From: Giardia intestinalis
Taxonomy: Eukaryota
Strand: one strand, 5' to 3'
Assembly: GCA_000002435.2 (NCBI GenBank)
Contig: CM018789.1
Length of the DNA stretch: 64,000 nucleotides
Positions 38,397-49,900 of the stretch are shown in pieces. The position numbers and the translations under genes were made by a program. How positions within the stretch are numbered: the first letter of the stretch is position 1; each line of letters begins with the position of its first letter. The notes below the pieces were generated by a model, which was not told the origin of the DNA, did no database searches, and worked only from the letters and a program-made list of their open reading frames with translations.

Positions 38397-39950
38397 ATGC
38401 GGTGCTCCTGCGACGTCCGGGTTGTCTTTGCCGTAATTGGTTTCCTTCTCTTCGGCGGGATCACCACAATCGCGCAGAATGACTACCTCACTTACACAAC
38501 GACAAATTTCCCGGGAAAGGAGGGAGTAGTCACTGAGTTCGCTTATCCCTGGTTCGGGAACTTTCTGATGTTTTTTGCAATGAGCCTGGTAGGCATTGGG
38601 TGGGCATACCAAGCGGCAAAGGCGCGGAAGGACAAGCGCCTGTATGGAGGCGTTCCCGATCACAATAACGAGTACTCTACGGAGAATGCACGTGATTTAG
38701 ATTCTTCTACTGATGATGCATCAGATGTTCTAGAGAGCTTCCGCCCGTCAAAGCCCGTGCAGCGCCTTTCCTGTCGTCAGCGCTTTATGCAAAACGCTTG
38801 GGGAGTCCTCATAATTAGTTCAGTGTTTGATCTCCTAGCAAGCGGGCTAGGTTCTGTTGGGCTTAGCTCTATCTGTAACGTACCACCCTCCGTCTATCAA
38901 ATGCTCCAGGGCGCCATCATTATATTCACTGCCCTCCTTTCGCGCTGCTTCCTCAAACGCAAAACGACTGCTCAACAAAATCTTGCCATCTTCATATGTA
39001 TTTTGGGGCTAGTGATTATAGCAGTGGCTTCATACCTAGCAGACCTTTACTTCCCAGACATCCAACCGCCAGCTCCGCAGGATCCGCAGGTCCAGAATTA
39101 TATGCATCTTTATGATATACGCGCCATAGAGTACAAGCGAACACTTGCTAGTGCTGCTCTGCGCTTTGTTATGAAGCCACACGAGCGTAGGCAGCACGGG
39201 ATCCACACATATTTAGCTACGGCAGAATACAGGGATGGACAGGTACTCACCACCAGTCTGCCCAAGTTCCTGGACTGCGTTCTAGCTGCTGCTCCTCTCA
39301 CTACCGAGACTGAGAGTGACAAGACTAACAGCACCATGCTGGTCGTTGGAATAGTACTAATCTTAATCAGCCAACTTATCTACGCCGGCCAATTTGTCGT
39401 TGAAGAATATACCATGTCAAGAATAGATGCCTTTCCATCCCAAGTCGTGTGCATAGAAGGCATATACGGATTTATTATCAGTATTGGGCTTGTATTTCCC
39501 GTTCTTATGGCACTCAAGATTGAAAATGACTTCGATGCCTTTCTATTCATTAAATCAGAGCCTAACATTTTAGTTCCCATGAGCATATTCTTTATTACAG
39601 TGGCGTTGTACAACGGATTTGGGCAGACGATAACCAAATTGATATCAGCGAATCATCGGACAATCCTCGAGGGTTTGCGTGGACTGGTGGTATGGATTTT
39701 TGCCCTTATTGAGCGCGGCATATTTGGGGCCCCATGGGGAGAGGGCATCTACGGCTGGACAAGTGCGATAGAGGCAGTTGGCTTTGTTGTTCTCCTCGTC
39801 GGATCAATGGTTTATTATTCTATTATAAAGTGCAATTGCTTTAAGGGTTCACGGACGGAAACAACCAACAAGTTTGCTGCCATAATGGAGGAGACGTCAG
39901 CTGCGCCCTATGAGGTGTTCTGCTCTGAAACCGTTTCTTCGTCTGCATGA
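38397..39950 (+). CDS. Multi-pass membrane transporter, drug/metabolite transporter (DMT) superfamily, possibly SLC35F-like
   Basis: ATG at 38397 lies 32 nt after the deaminase stop. About 10 predicted hydrophobic helices are arranged as two halves separated by a roughly 110-aa hydrophilic loop. AYPWFGNFLMFFAMSLVGIGW resembles the conserved first-helix motif of SLC35F6-type transporters. The family assignment is tentative. Confidence 0.45.
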   Translation: MRCSCDVRVVFAVIGFLLFGGITTIAQNDYLTYTTTNFPGKEGVVTEFAYPWFGNFLMFFAMSLVGIGWAYQAAKARKDKRLYGGVPDHNNEYSTENARDLDSSTDDASDVLESFRPSKPVQRLSCRQRFMQNAWGVLIISSVFDLLASGLGSVGLSSICNVPPSVYQMLQGAIIIFTALLSRCFLKRKTTAQQNLAIFICILGLVIIAVASYLADLYFPDIQPPAPQDPQVQNYMHLYDIRAIEYKRTLASAALRFVMKPHERRQHGIHTYLATAEYRDGQVLTTSLPKFLDCVLAAAPLTTETESDKTNSTMLVVGIVLILISQLIYAGQFVVEEYTMSRIDAFPSQVVCIEGIYGFIISIGLVFPVLMALKIENDFDAFLFIKSEPNILVPMSIFFITVALYNGFGQTITKLISANHRTILEGLRGLVVWIFALIERGIFGAPWGEGIYGWTSAIEAVGFVVLLVGSMVYYSIIKCNCFKGSRTETTNKFAAIMEETSAAPYEVFCSETVSSSA

Positions 39951-39970
39951 GCAGATGTTAGCATTGTAGT

Positions 39971-40792
39971 CTATTCTGTCTGTAAGTCTATGCGAGGTAA
40001 TCTGTGTCCGGAGTCCGCGCTTATATTGTAGTAAACAATGTTGTGCCGCAATTCGTTCAGTTGCAGTGTTTGTTCCTTGACGATGAGCTGCCACTGCTCC
40101 CGGAAGGTCTTCAACTGGGCAGAAATTGCTGCGTGCTGTTCGAGTAGATGCTGTCTCCGACACCTGTTTGTATCGGGGATAGCTAATAGTGCCTGTTCTG
40201 CCTGAATAAGCTCGGTCTCTGCAACGCCGATCTTATGCTGAAGAAGCCTCAGCTCTCCAGCAATCAGGTTGACCCTCTTCATAGGCAAGGTGTGCATGGC
40301 AGACCCATCATCCATCAGCTGTGTTGGTTTAGGGATCAGAGGGTAGGATGTGGGTGCCGGTGGCTCACTTTCAGGAATGGGTGGGGATGATGAGGCCAAT
40401 GCCAAACTACGATCAATCGAGTGGAGCAACTTAGAAGCCTCGACAACAGAGCTAGTGACATGTTTGTCAAACGTTTCCTGGGCCAGGGAGGAGGTGTCTG
40501 GGGTGCACTTTGTGAGAGATGTCAGTTGACTAAGAGCTTGGGAAATGAGTTCTAGTTGAGCTTCGTCCGAAGTGCTAGTCGAACTATCATCAGCATAGAT
40601 CGGTGGTTCAAGAGACGCTAGCCGAAGGTCTGGCGGAGATGAGGACTTCTGCACAGGGGACGGATCGATCTGTGAAAAGGCTCCAGAAGGCTGTAGTTTG
40701 TCTTTTGCAAAATCAAAGGAAGCATCAAGATCGCAATCAAACCCCTGCGCTCTGAACCAGGACAATGACCACGGGGTCTTGTCCTCTGTCAT
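39971..40792 (-). CDS. Hypothetical protein of 273 aa with an S/P-rich N-terminal half and a C-terminal coiled coil
   Basis: ATG at 40790-40792. The ORF is uninterrupted. No domain was recognised. Confidence 0.45.
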   Translation of the reverse strand: MTEDKTPWSLSWFRAQGFDCDLDASFDFAKDKLQPSGAFSQIDPSPVQKSSSPPDLRLASLEPPIYADDSSTSTSDEAQLELISQALSQLTSLTKCTPDTSSLAQETFDKHVTSSVVEASKLLHSIDRSLALASSSPPIPESEPPAPTSYPLIPKPTQLMDDGSAMHTLPMKRVNLIAGELRLLQHKIGVAETELIQAEQALLAIPDTNRCRRQHLLEQHAAISAQLKTFREQWQLIVKEQTLQLNELRHNIVYYNISADSGHRLPRIDLQTE

Positions 40793-40989
40793 GAAGCGTT
40801 ATAGATTTTGAAGATGTCAAAACGCGCCTGAGCTTTGGCTTGTTAAGCGAGGATTATAGGCTAAATCGATATCTAATACTCATCATCACAGTACACCTAA
40901 CCATTCTTTAAGAACCTTTGAGAGTCGAACATCAATCCAATTTACATCTGTAGGGAAACCTCGCTATAGAGGACATGCATCATAAGATG

Positions 40990-43900
40990 TCATGCTTCAG
41001 TGACAACCTCCTTAGCGTTCTCCCTATGACTGGCACAATTGGCGCAGATTTGACAAGGCGCTATACTGCTTATGTCTTGGTATGGGAAAAAGTATGCGTC
41101 TGTTGACATACACAAGGGGCAAAAATGACCGGTGCAGGCGTGACAGTAATGCTCTGGCCGTTTTCCGCCACACCTTGCACAGCGGTTACTAGGAAGTGCC
41201 GGTGCGCAGTCAATGTACCGAGGGAGTCGCATGATCATGGTCGATAAAGAAGCTACAACCCGGTCATTGATTGATAAACTCATATGCGAGCAATCCGTTG
41301 CAATCTTCCAGATGGGAGACCTACTACTGGTTACGATCTCTGCACACAGTTTGGGGACTAGAACGGTCACAGTGCGGTCTTTGAAGTACTCTACATGCTT
41401 TATTGCAAGGGGATGGGATGGTCTATGTGCCGGAGCTGTGCAAAGAAGATTTATGCGTGTGGGCTCAGAATCTGTCGTAACCTTGGTCTTGATCTTTATT
41501 CTCACCGTCTCTGTGAGAAGTGACGGTAGGAGTACGTAAACTCTGAGAACACCCTTCTTATCTCCCGTTAAGAGCAGGTTATCTGCAATGGCGAGAAAGG
41601 CTGTGGTCTCATAGGAGGGTAGAAGAGCATAGAGAAGTGCAAGGCTTGTGCTCCAACAAGAGAGGATCCCTTCTTGAAGCACCCAAATTCTGCCGGCAAT
41701 ATCAGCTATCTGAGTCTGGACGACAGACGATGGATGCTCCACCGGGCGCATTGGCTCAATGGCGTGAAGCTCCACAATGGCAGCGCCGGTGATGAGATTG
41801 TACAGAATATGCCTCTGACCTACAGAGACTAGAATAAGTCTATGGGGATGTGAAACTGTTACGGCCGAAAATGGCGGAGTGGCCAGAAGCCGAACATGCC
41901 CGGTGACACTCAGCAGGCCAGCTTTCAGAGCATCAGGAGCAAATAGGACTAAATGAGTAGTTGCATCGGTGAGTGTAATGATGATACAGCTGTACTGAAC
42001 AAAGCACTGTCTGATATAGATGTTCATGTGGCCTCTTCCATACAGAAGGAAAGGAAGATTTAGTGTGTGACAAGTATGGTGGGCCTGGTTAATTACGGCT
42101 ATGGTGCGCATGTCTCTCATCAAGATAAGTAGAGAGTCAGGTGCTAAGGAGTAAATGTTTGCCAACATGATCATGTTTTGTAATTGGGTGTGTGAAACGC
42201 GTGGTTGCTTTGTCAGTAGCAAATTGTAAAACCATGGAATAGCTTGCTGTGGGCTAAATATATCTGCAGTTGCCGTGGAAATATGTTCCCCTTCGGAAGT
42301 GCGGACCAGTGACACTTCAGTCGGGTAGAGCACCTTCAGGAGGTCGTCAATGTGGAGAAGGTAGTCATATATGCGAATTTTCGTTTCGTTCTTTCCCCTA
42401 GATCCTAATACAGACTGGTAGATGCACTGTAGCACAGGTCGCTCTTCCACAGACATGCAGATAACGTCTCTAGAGCAAACACCAAAGTTCTTAAGTTGAG
42501 AGTATGTGCTTATCCTCGTCGAGAAGTTAGAAATACAATCCAGCGCAACAGAATCAGGATATGTTAGCCAGTAGTATATATTGAAGTGAGCTAAGCTGTT
42601 CTGCTTGTCACCAAACAGAAGACGGCACCATTGATAAAGGCTTGGAAAGGTGGTATACTGAGCCAACCGTTCTCTATTTATTAACGTGTAAAGAACCGTG
42701 TGCAGATAGGTGTCTAAAATGTCCTTGCAAGCAGTGCAGCCAGTCGCGTTCATAGAGTCACAGACCAAGTCATGGACTGCCTCGCCTGTGCTTCGTATAC
42801 CAAAGTCATGAGCAGACTCATTAAGGAACATATTTGGCGCATAGAATAGCTCTGGTATGAGTTCTCGGCACTCGCTGAGATTTGTATCCTTCACGGAGCT
42901 CCACAAATCCGACACATTGCTGAAAATCCTATCTGGGTTATCATATTTTCCATCATGTAGAAGGAGAGCTGCTGCCGAGAAGGGCTGAGATCTGAGGAGC
43001 ATTCCAGCAACAAACCCAGAGGTAGAGTAATGGCTCCCAGCAAGGAACGGAGCCGTTGTGAGGCTGTTATATCTATCCATATACTTTGCACGCTTGGACT
43101 CCGTCTGCTCCATGACTGTTTTGGCCAAGTTGCGGTCATCTGCAAGCCATGGAAATACAGGATACATAGAAGTGTCGCTGGAGCAGCGTCCAGCTACCAT
43201 ATTCAGCGCAATAACAGCCTCAATATGGCTTAGCTTTCCTGAGAACAAAAGTATTGGAATACTGAGGGTAGAGGGAAGCTTAGACCAGGGCATGGACTCC
43301 GAAATGCGGTTGATGCTGGGACCTAAACCAAGGGAAGGCCTTTCTGCAGCGTGATAAGAGGATAAGAGAGAGGTATAGAGGGCCGTGCTATCAATGATTT
43401 CGCCGAAGTGTTGCTGGGCCTTTGTGATGAGGATTAGAGCTTCCTCGAGCAGAGTGGCAAGTTGCTTGTTTAGTGCTTGCAAGACAGTCTTGAAAATATC
43501 ACTATATTGCGCTGTGATAGCCGATATCTGCTGAGGAAATGGCAGCTCATAAGGGTGCTCGTATAAACTTGCTTCAGATGGAGTGTCAGCATAGTTGATC
43601 TGTGGGATTTGAGAGCAGCATGAGTCCAAATGCATGCGCCATTTAGAGATATATTTCTTCAGCGATGCAACATTCGGTAACACAATTTCAAACCGTGCAG
43701 TGCCAAGATCACAGTCCCAGGATCCTTGTAGAGAGGTCTTCATCAAAGAGAAGATGAGAGCTATTGCAGACAGAAGGGAGTTGTTCTGTAGCATTAGTTG
43801 GCAGCTCGTGAATCTGTCAGATACCGGTGTTTTTGTTAGAACTGAGCGTGAACACTCCTGTTGAACGCGCAACATAAAGGCATGATCGTTGACGTAATGA

Positions 43901-46900
43901 TTTAGCCGCAATCGCCTAGATGAAATACTATCAAGTATCTCGTAAGTGTAAACCTCGCCTTGCTGAAGGAGAACCTCTATTTGCGTGCACCTGTGCGCCG
44001 ACTCCTTCCACAGAACGCTAGATATGTCTGACAATTTAATTGTTGTCATAAAAGGCAACAACTGAGCGGACCCTGTGCTGAGTTTTGCAGTTTGTTCTAG
44101 TAGAAGCCGCACATCTGTAAGGCACCGTTTTTCAAGGGCAGATTGTTCTGTGTGAGAGTCCGAGAGGTTCATTACTGGCGCTATAGAGTACTCGGAAACT
44201 GGCCTTCCTGGGGGATAGTTGCATCGCTTGACCAGAGAGGTCAAAAAGTGCTTGAGGTCTTTGAGAATCTCTCTTTGGGGCCCATGCTGCTCAGAAACGA
44301 GTTCTAGCTTTTGCTCAGGAAGTCTGGTCGATATAAGCAGTGTTTGTAGCATCTCTTGCATAGACGAAACGATCTTTTTAACAATCGAAGGCTGATGCAC
44401 TGCAGTTGGCAGCTCCTCCTCTTTCTCAGCAGAGATCTCTTGCGGTGAAATACTAAACGCATGCTCCCTCAACCCATAAATAATCTCCTCAGAGACCAAC
44501 CTCCACCCTGGAATGAAGTATATTGCCAAATCGGTAAGGATAAGAATGCCCTCATTTGGTGAAACCAGCTCTGTCTCATAACTGGCATATGCAATGAACT
44601 GCACTAATTCTGTGGCTGGTAAGATGTCTGCAAGACTGATAACGGAGTTGGCCTGCAATATATCATGAACTTTCCGCTCCAACTGTATCAGTAGAGACTC
44701 AAGCACTTGGGATGCTTTGTACTCTGGCGTGAATGCGCATGTTGCTCCAATGAGATTCTTTGTCCTCAATGAAAACTCATGAGATGTTCGATGGTAGCCT
44801 GCTACGCAAGCGAGAGGACCGCCCAAGTGGTAATAGCGACTTACGGCAGCGATAGTGGACAAAAGATAGTATACACTCCCTGAGCGAATGGGACTTAGGT
44901 GAATGTATGGAGCAGGAGTAACCACTCGACGAATGGCTTTAACCGGCGCGTTGGCAAAAGAGCTTGAAGACTTGGCTACTAGGTGTATGCTGCCGCTCAG
45001 CCCCATCGCCGTCAATCTAAAGCAATGTCGTCCAAATAGATATGACTCTACAATAACAAGTGTTTTGAACCTAGACGACTGCAGGGTACTGGGATTCGCT
45101 CTATTAGGATCCGTGTATTGCCTCACAAAGTCTAGAAGTGACGTAGTCGTGCCTTGGACCTTGACTTTTCCTTCCACAGATAGGTCTTCCCCATATATGG
45201 TCTGAATAAGATCAATAATGCACGTTATATTTCCAAGCTTGAAAGTGCTGGCAACAAAATAGAAGAATATGACAGACGAAAAAGGTATCATAGTTCTTAC
45301 TACTTTAGAGATTGCATGGGCCAATTCTACATTTGATGTATGAAGTATTGAGAGCAGAATAGCATTAATGACACCCTGTACAATCTTGAACTTTGTGAAA
45401 TTAAATCCCTGAAGCAGCTCACTGAATTTTATAGGTGTACGGCCTGGTTTCCCAGCAACATCAGAGGATACAGCTATTGCATCATCATCGCTTTCCGACA
45501 CAACAGATTTAGACGTGACGAACTCTAACATCTTGTTGTAGTGCTTGTATAGTTGCAGCTTCAACTTTGGACTCTCTGCTTTACCCAAGTAAATGTTACA
45601 GAGCTTTGTCACTGTAAGATCATTCTGCAGGATTTGCTTGATAAGTGTAAATGGATATCCATGTGTTGCAACGTTTCCAAGAGAATTATGAAACGAAAGA
45701 GGAAGAATCTCCAATGCGAGAATTTGCATAATTAATTCCTCATATTTAGAGCATAGGTCATTTGCAGATGGCTCCAGTGTTCGATGTTCCATAGCAAGAG
45801 AATAGTACTCAAAGACACAGGTGACGTATTCAATGAATAGGTCAGGAGAATTTAAGGTCTTTACCTGTGAGGTGAGAGTGCGTACAAACAAAAGATACAT
45901 GGCTTGCATGTATTGTAACGTGTCTTGTAGAACGGTAAGTGAATACTCTCCCAAGTCCAGATATCTCGCCAAGAGACGTAGCACAGAGGAAAAGACCAAG
46001 TCCACAAAGGGACCTATACTCAGGAGGTCTGTCTGAGTGTTTTCCACAAGCTCTTTGTGGAGCTTCACAATCCGGCGCTCCTTGGGCACAGAGTTCTTCG
46101 AAGAAACAATAACTGTCTGCGTGAGAGGAGAGAGGTGTAGTGGCGTATGGTGTGTGTATGAAGCCCCGGCTAACGACTCACAGATAAACTTCAAAAGGTC
46201 AAGGCACTTTTGCAGTGATGATACCTCTGTTGTAGCTACATATCCTGAGAGGGAGACAGCAAGACTCTCCGAAAGCAGCAAAGCTAGCAGTGATGAGAGG
46301 GATGCACAGGCCTTGTCGATCGCACAGAGCCGAAGGTTCTTAAACAAAAACCGGGTAATCATCTCTTGTGCTACAAGAGCCTTGCTGCTAAGAGGACTTG
46401 TATCTGCGAGCTCCACAGAATCTCCGAGTGCAGAACTGGTCGCTACTTCGACAATGTCATCAGAAGCTGTGTGTACTGATGCAGCTGCGTAAACCAAAGA
46501 CACCAGTAGCAGGAGATGGCTTGAGTATCCATAGATGGCTTCTAGAGGATCACTGCTGGATGCACACTTTTGAATATGCTCCAGCTCAATTGGGAAAGCC
46601 TTCTGAAGCTCACGAGGCGCAATCACTCGGTAAAACACCTGCAGCGTGCAGTCAAAATTCTGAACATTATGATAAATGATAAACTCATTCGGATTCGCGG
46701 GCTCCAATAAGCTTCTTGGTCCTGACAATGTGCGTCTATCCTCTGGCCCTACTATATCACCTGTTCCAAGCGGTGCTGTAAAAAAGAATTGAGCAGCATT
46801 AAGAGTCATGCTTAAATCTGAAAGATAGTGTTTGAATAGCTCTCCTGGCGTATTGTTAACCATAACTGCTTCAAACATTGATAGAAGATACCTTAGTGTA

Positions 46901-49900
46901 TGATTGAAGGTCTGAGGTGTTTTTAGTTGCAAGCAGTAAAATATGCGCAGCCCGCTGATGAAGGGCATGAAATACTCCATGTTGCAAATGCTTCCGTTGA
47001 GTGCATATGTGGAGGTGGACAATCGGAACCACGTCAATGGATCAAGGTGCTCAGTAACCGCGGCCGTCGATACTGAAAGGAATGACGCTAGAAGTGAGAA
47101 TGCAGTCGCTAAAAATGCGTCGATAAGTGGACTCAATACCTGCGTTTGCCGAAGAGCGTCAAAGCACAGCTCAATAACAGTTCTGTATGCACCGCAGATA
47201 AGGTATAGTTGTGGAAGAGACTTGTGTTCGTCTGTGTAACGGATTACATAGCATGCAGAGTAGAGTTGCTGTATGATGGCCTTAAGGGATAGCGAAGTCA
47301 ACTGCTCGATTACCAAGCAGTGATCGCTTCCGTCCGGGACTTCAGAAGACTCATTAACATCCTGGGCTATATGTGGATATAAAGCGAAAGAAGCTTGAAG
47401 AGAGGTGTAAGAGATCTGCAACTGATCAAAAATAACATCGGAGTTAAGAACCGTAAGCATGTCAACATGCACACTTGACGGCGTCCCCGAGGAAGAGTTA
47501 CTTCGTATATTGGCCAGGCGATTGATTATTAGCGTAACATATCCAGTCATGCCGTGAAGTATGGCGTGTTTGGCAAGAGACACATATGGAGAGGTGCTGC
47601 TGTGCTGTTGTATGCAGTTTGCATGGTCACTAATAGTACCCGCCACAGAAAGCGAGTGCGTGTGAAGGGATGCCGTTATAAAAACCGTAGCACGAGATAG
47701 TGTCTTTATGAAAGCAAGCCCTACCGCAGAGTGAGCTACATCCTCTGCAGCAATCAGGGTATACATAATTCCAAAGGACTCAGTGGCTATGTATGTAAAC
47801 TTTTGTGATATCTCCAAAAGAGACTGAAGAGGATTGGCAGAGGTCACGAGAATAGAACCAGCATAGATGAGAAATGCATCCATCATGCCGTGTATATACT
47901 GAAGCCAAAAGTCAGGAGTGAGTAGCTGTGCAAATAACTTGATATTTTTAGACGATTGCAAAAGGAGGCCTCTCAGCAGGTAAAGCATAAGCGGAACCGA
48001 GTCACTGGACAGTGCAATAGTGGCCGGCCATAAACACATAAATGAACTAACAGAATCTGCCACAAGTAGCTCCTCAACTAGGTAGTCAGCAAGCTCAGTT
48101 GGTATGCTAGATATTCCTGACTCCGTAATGGTTTCCAAAGTGAAGGAGATGGCATTCAAAAGAGCACCACAACGCTGCGAGTAAGCAAAAAGAGCGAAAA
48201 GAGCGTCACTCGCAGCAGAGCTTAGGCTTCCCTGAGATGCTATAATTAACGCTCTACACGCGGGTAAGAGTAGATTGCAATCGATGTTAACTGGTAAACT
48301 CCTTGAGTAGGCTAATGGGAAAAGAAACCTTTCCAGTGGAGGATTGGCAGAGACCACTGCACCAGATAGGGGCTTGGCTGTTACGGACAGAAATAGCTTG
48401 GTATTATCATCAGTTTGTGAGTGTATAAAGCACGAACTAGTTTGCGTGTGTTGTAACAGATTGACGCTGGAGTCAAAGACGAGCAACCCCTTACCAATGT
48501 ACCACTTATCTATTCTTTCTAATTCACCAATCCGGGGGACTTTCACGATAAAACGCTTGAGAAGAGTAATGCTGGATAAAATTATAGACACTTTTGACCC
48601 CATATCAAGATACTTACGCAGTAATAGATTGGGATCTCCTCCCGTGATGCGTGCCAGTATGCCCATATATGTATGTAGTTCGCCTAACATGAGCACAAGC
48701 GACTGCCGCGACATTCCGAAGAGAGCAGACGTAGTGAACAGACTTGGAATAAAATTCTGATCAAAAAGGGAAAGCTGCTCGTGAAACGAGATAAAGTGGT
48801 GCACCGTGCCCAAGACTCCTGTTCGCTTAGCCTCGGAGAAGAAATCTCCTGACGAGCCTTGCTGATGAAATAGCTTGAAAAATGCACGTTGATACCTGGT
48901 GAGAAACGCAGAAACACACTCTCCGCTCCATGGCACAGGGTCTGGGGTGGTCTTCTCTGAGATTTGAGAGGAGATGAATGAGGATAACTCTAAAGAAGAA
49001 ACGATTGGTACCTTGGTGAGAGTCTGGATCAAAAGCATAAGAAGGGAGATTCCACTGTAGAAAGGAACAGATGTAACAGGTTCCAGATAACCCAGGCGGA
49101 ATAGTAGATCATCCAAAAGAAGCGTACCATCAACCGATGTTATTGCCTTTAGAAACTCGTTGTAGATAATTAGTGACGTAAGGGGTACAACTGACGCTAA
49201 ATGGTTGACAACAGGTTGCATGTTTTCATTCAGCTCTACGGAATTAGGTTCTGCAGTCTTTAAAAAGGAAAATACAAGAGAGTCAGGCTGAAGAGACGTA
49301 GTATTGAACATCAGTGATTGCTGAGAAGAATGCGTTCGGATATCATAAAGTGTCGAAAGGGCAGAACTTTTATCACCTTGAAGTAGACGGCGAGACGGGG
49401 GTTCAGATGGCTGCGCACAATATGGGCAAGATACCGTGTACTCTTTGGGATGAGCCACTAGCTCACCAGTCCTGTTAACAGAAGCTTGTAGATCTGCGCA
49501 TAATAGGTCGAAAAGTAGGTAGTCTGAGGTGGAGACCATATTACACTGAGGGCAAAAGAAGCCTCTACGTTGTAACGAGTGACAGCCCTCAGTAAAATTT
49601 TTGCAGTCAGAATAGATGTGCAGATACAAAGATTCAAAATCGGTGGCAAACGCATCCAGATACCTGCTGGATAAGTGCTCAACTGAGACCTCGTGCTGTT
49701 CTAAATATTGGGGAAACGCGCACAAGCAATCCTCAACAATGAGGGGCTCGGTTTTGCCTGGTGTGCTACTAATTATCTTGATGGCTGAAAGAGGATGTGT
49801 TTGACCTAATAGAGAGGTATGTGGGGTATCCAGTGGATCGTAAAAGCTGAGTCCGCATGGCATACGCGACTGGGATCTAAGATCATGTGCTAGCCCGAGT

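Noticed and set aside
36520-39950. Interpreting the ribokinase / NagB / transporter run as a prokaryotic operon or bacterial contamination
   Set aside because: The flanking genes are unmistakably eukaryotic (B55, cyclin, eIF4A). Each gene has its own ATG with an A-rich context and there are no Shine-Dalgarno sequences. At least the deaminase has a eukaryote-style AGTAAA signal. It is therefore treated as eukaryotic genes, possibly of bacterial ancestry.
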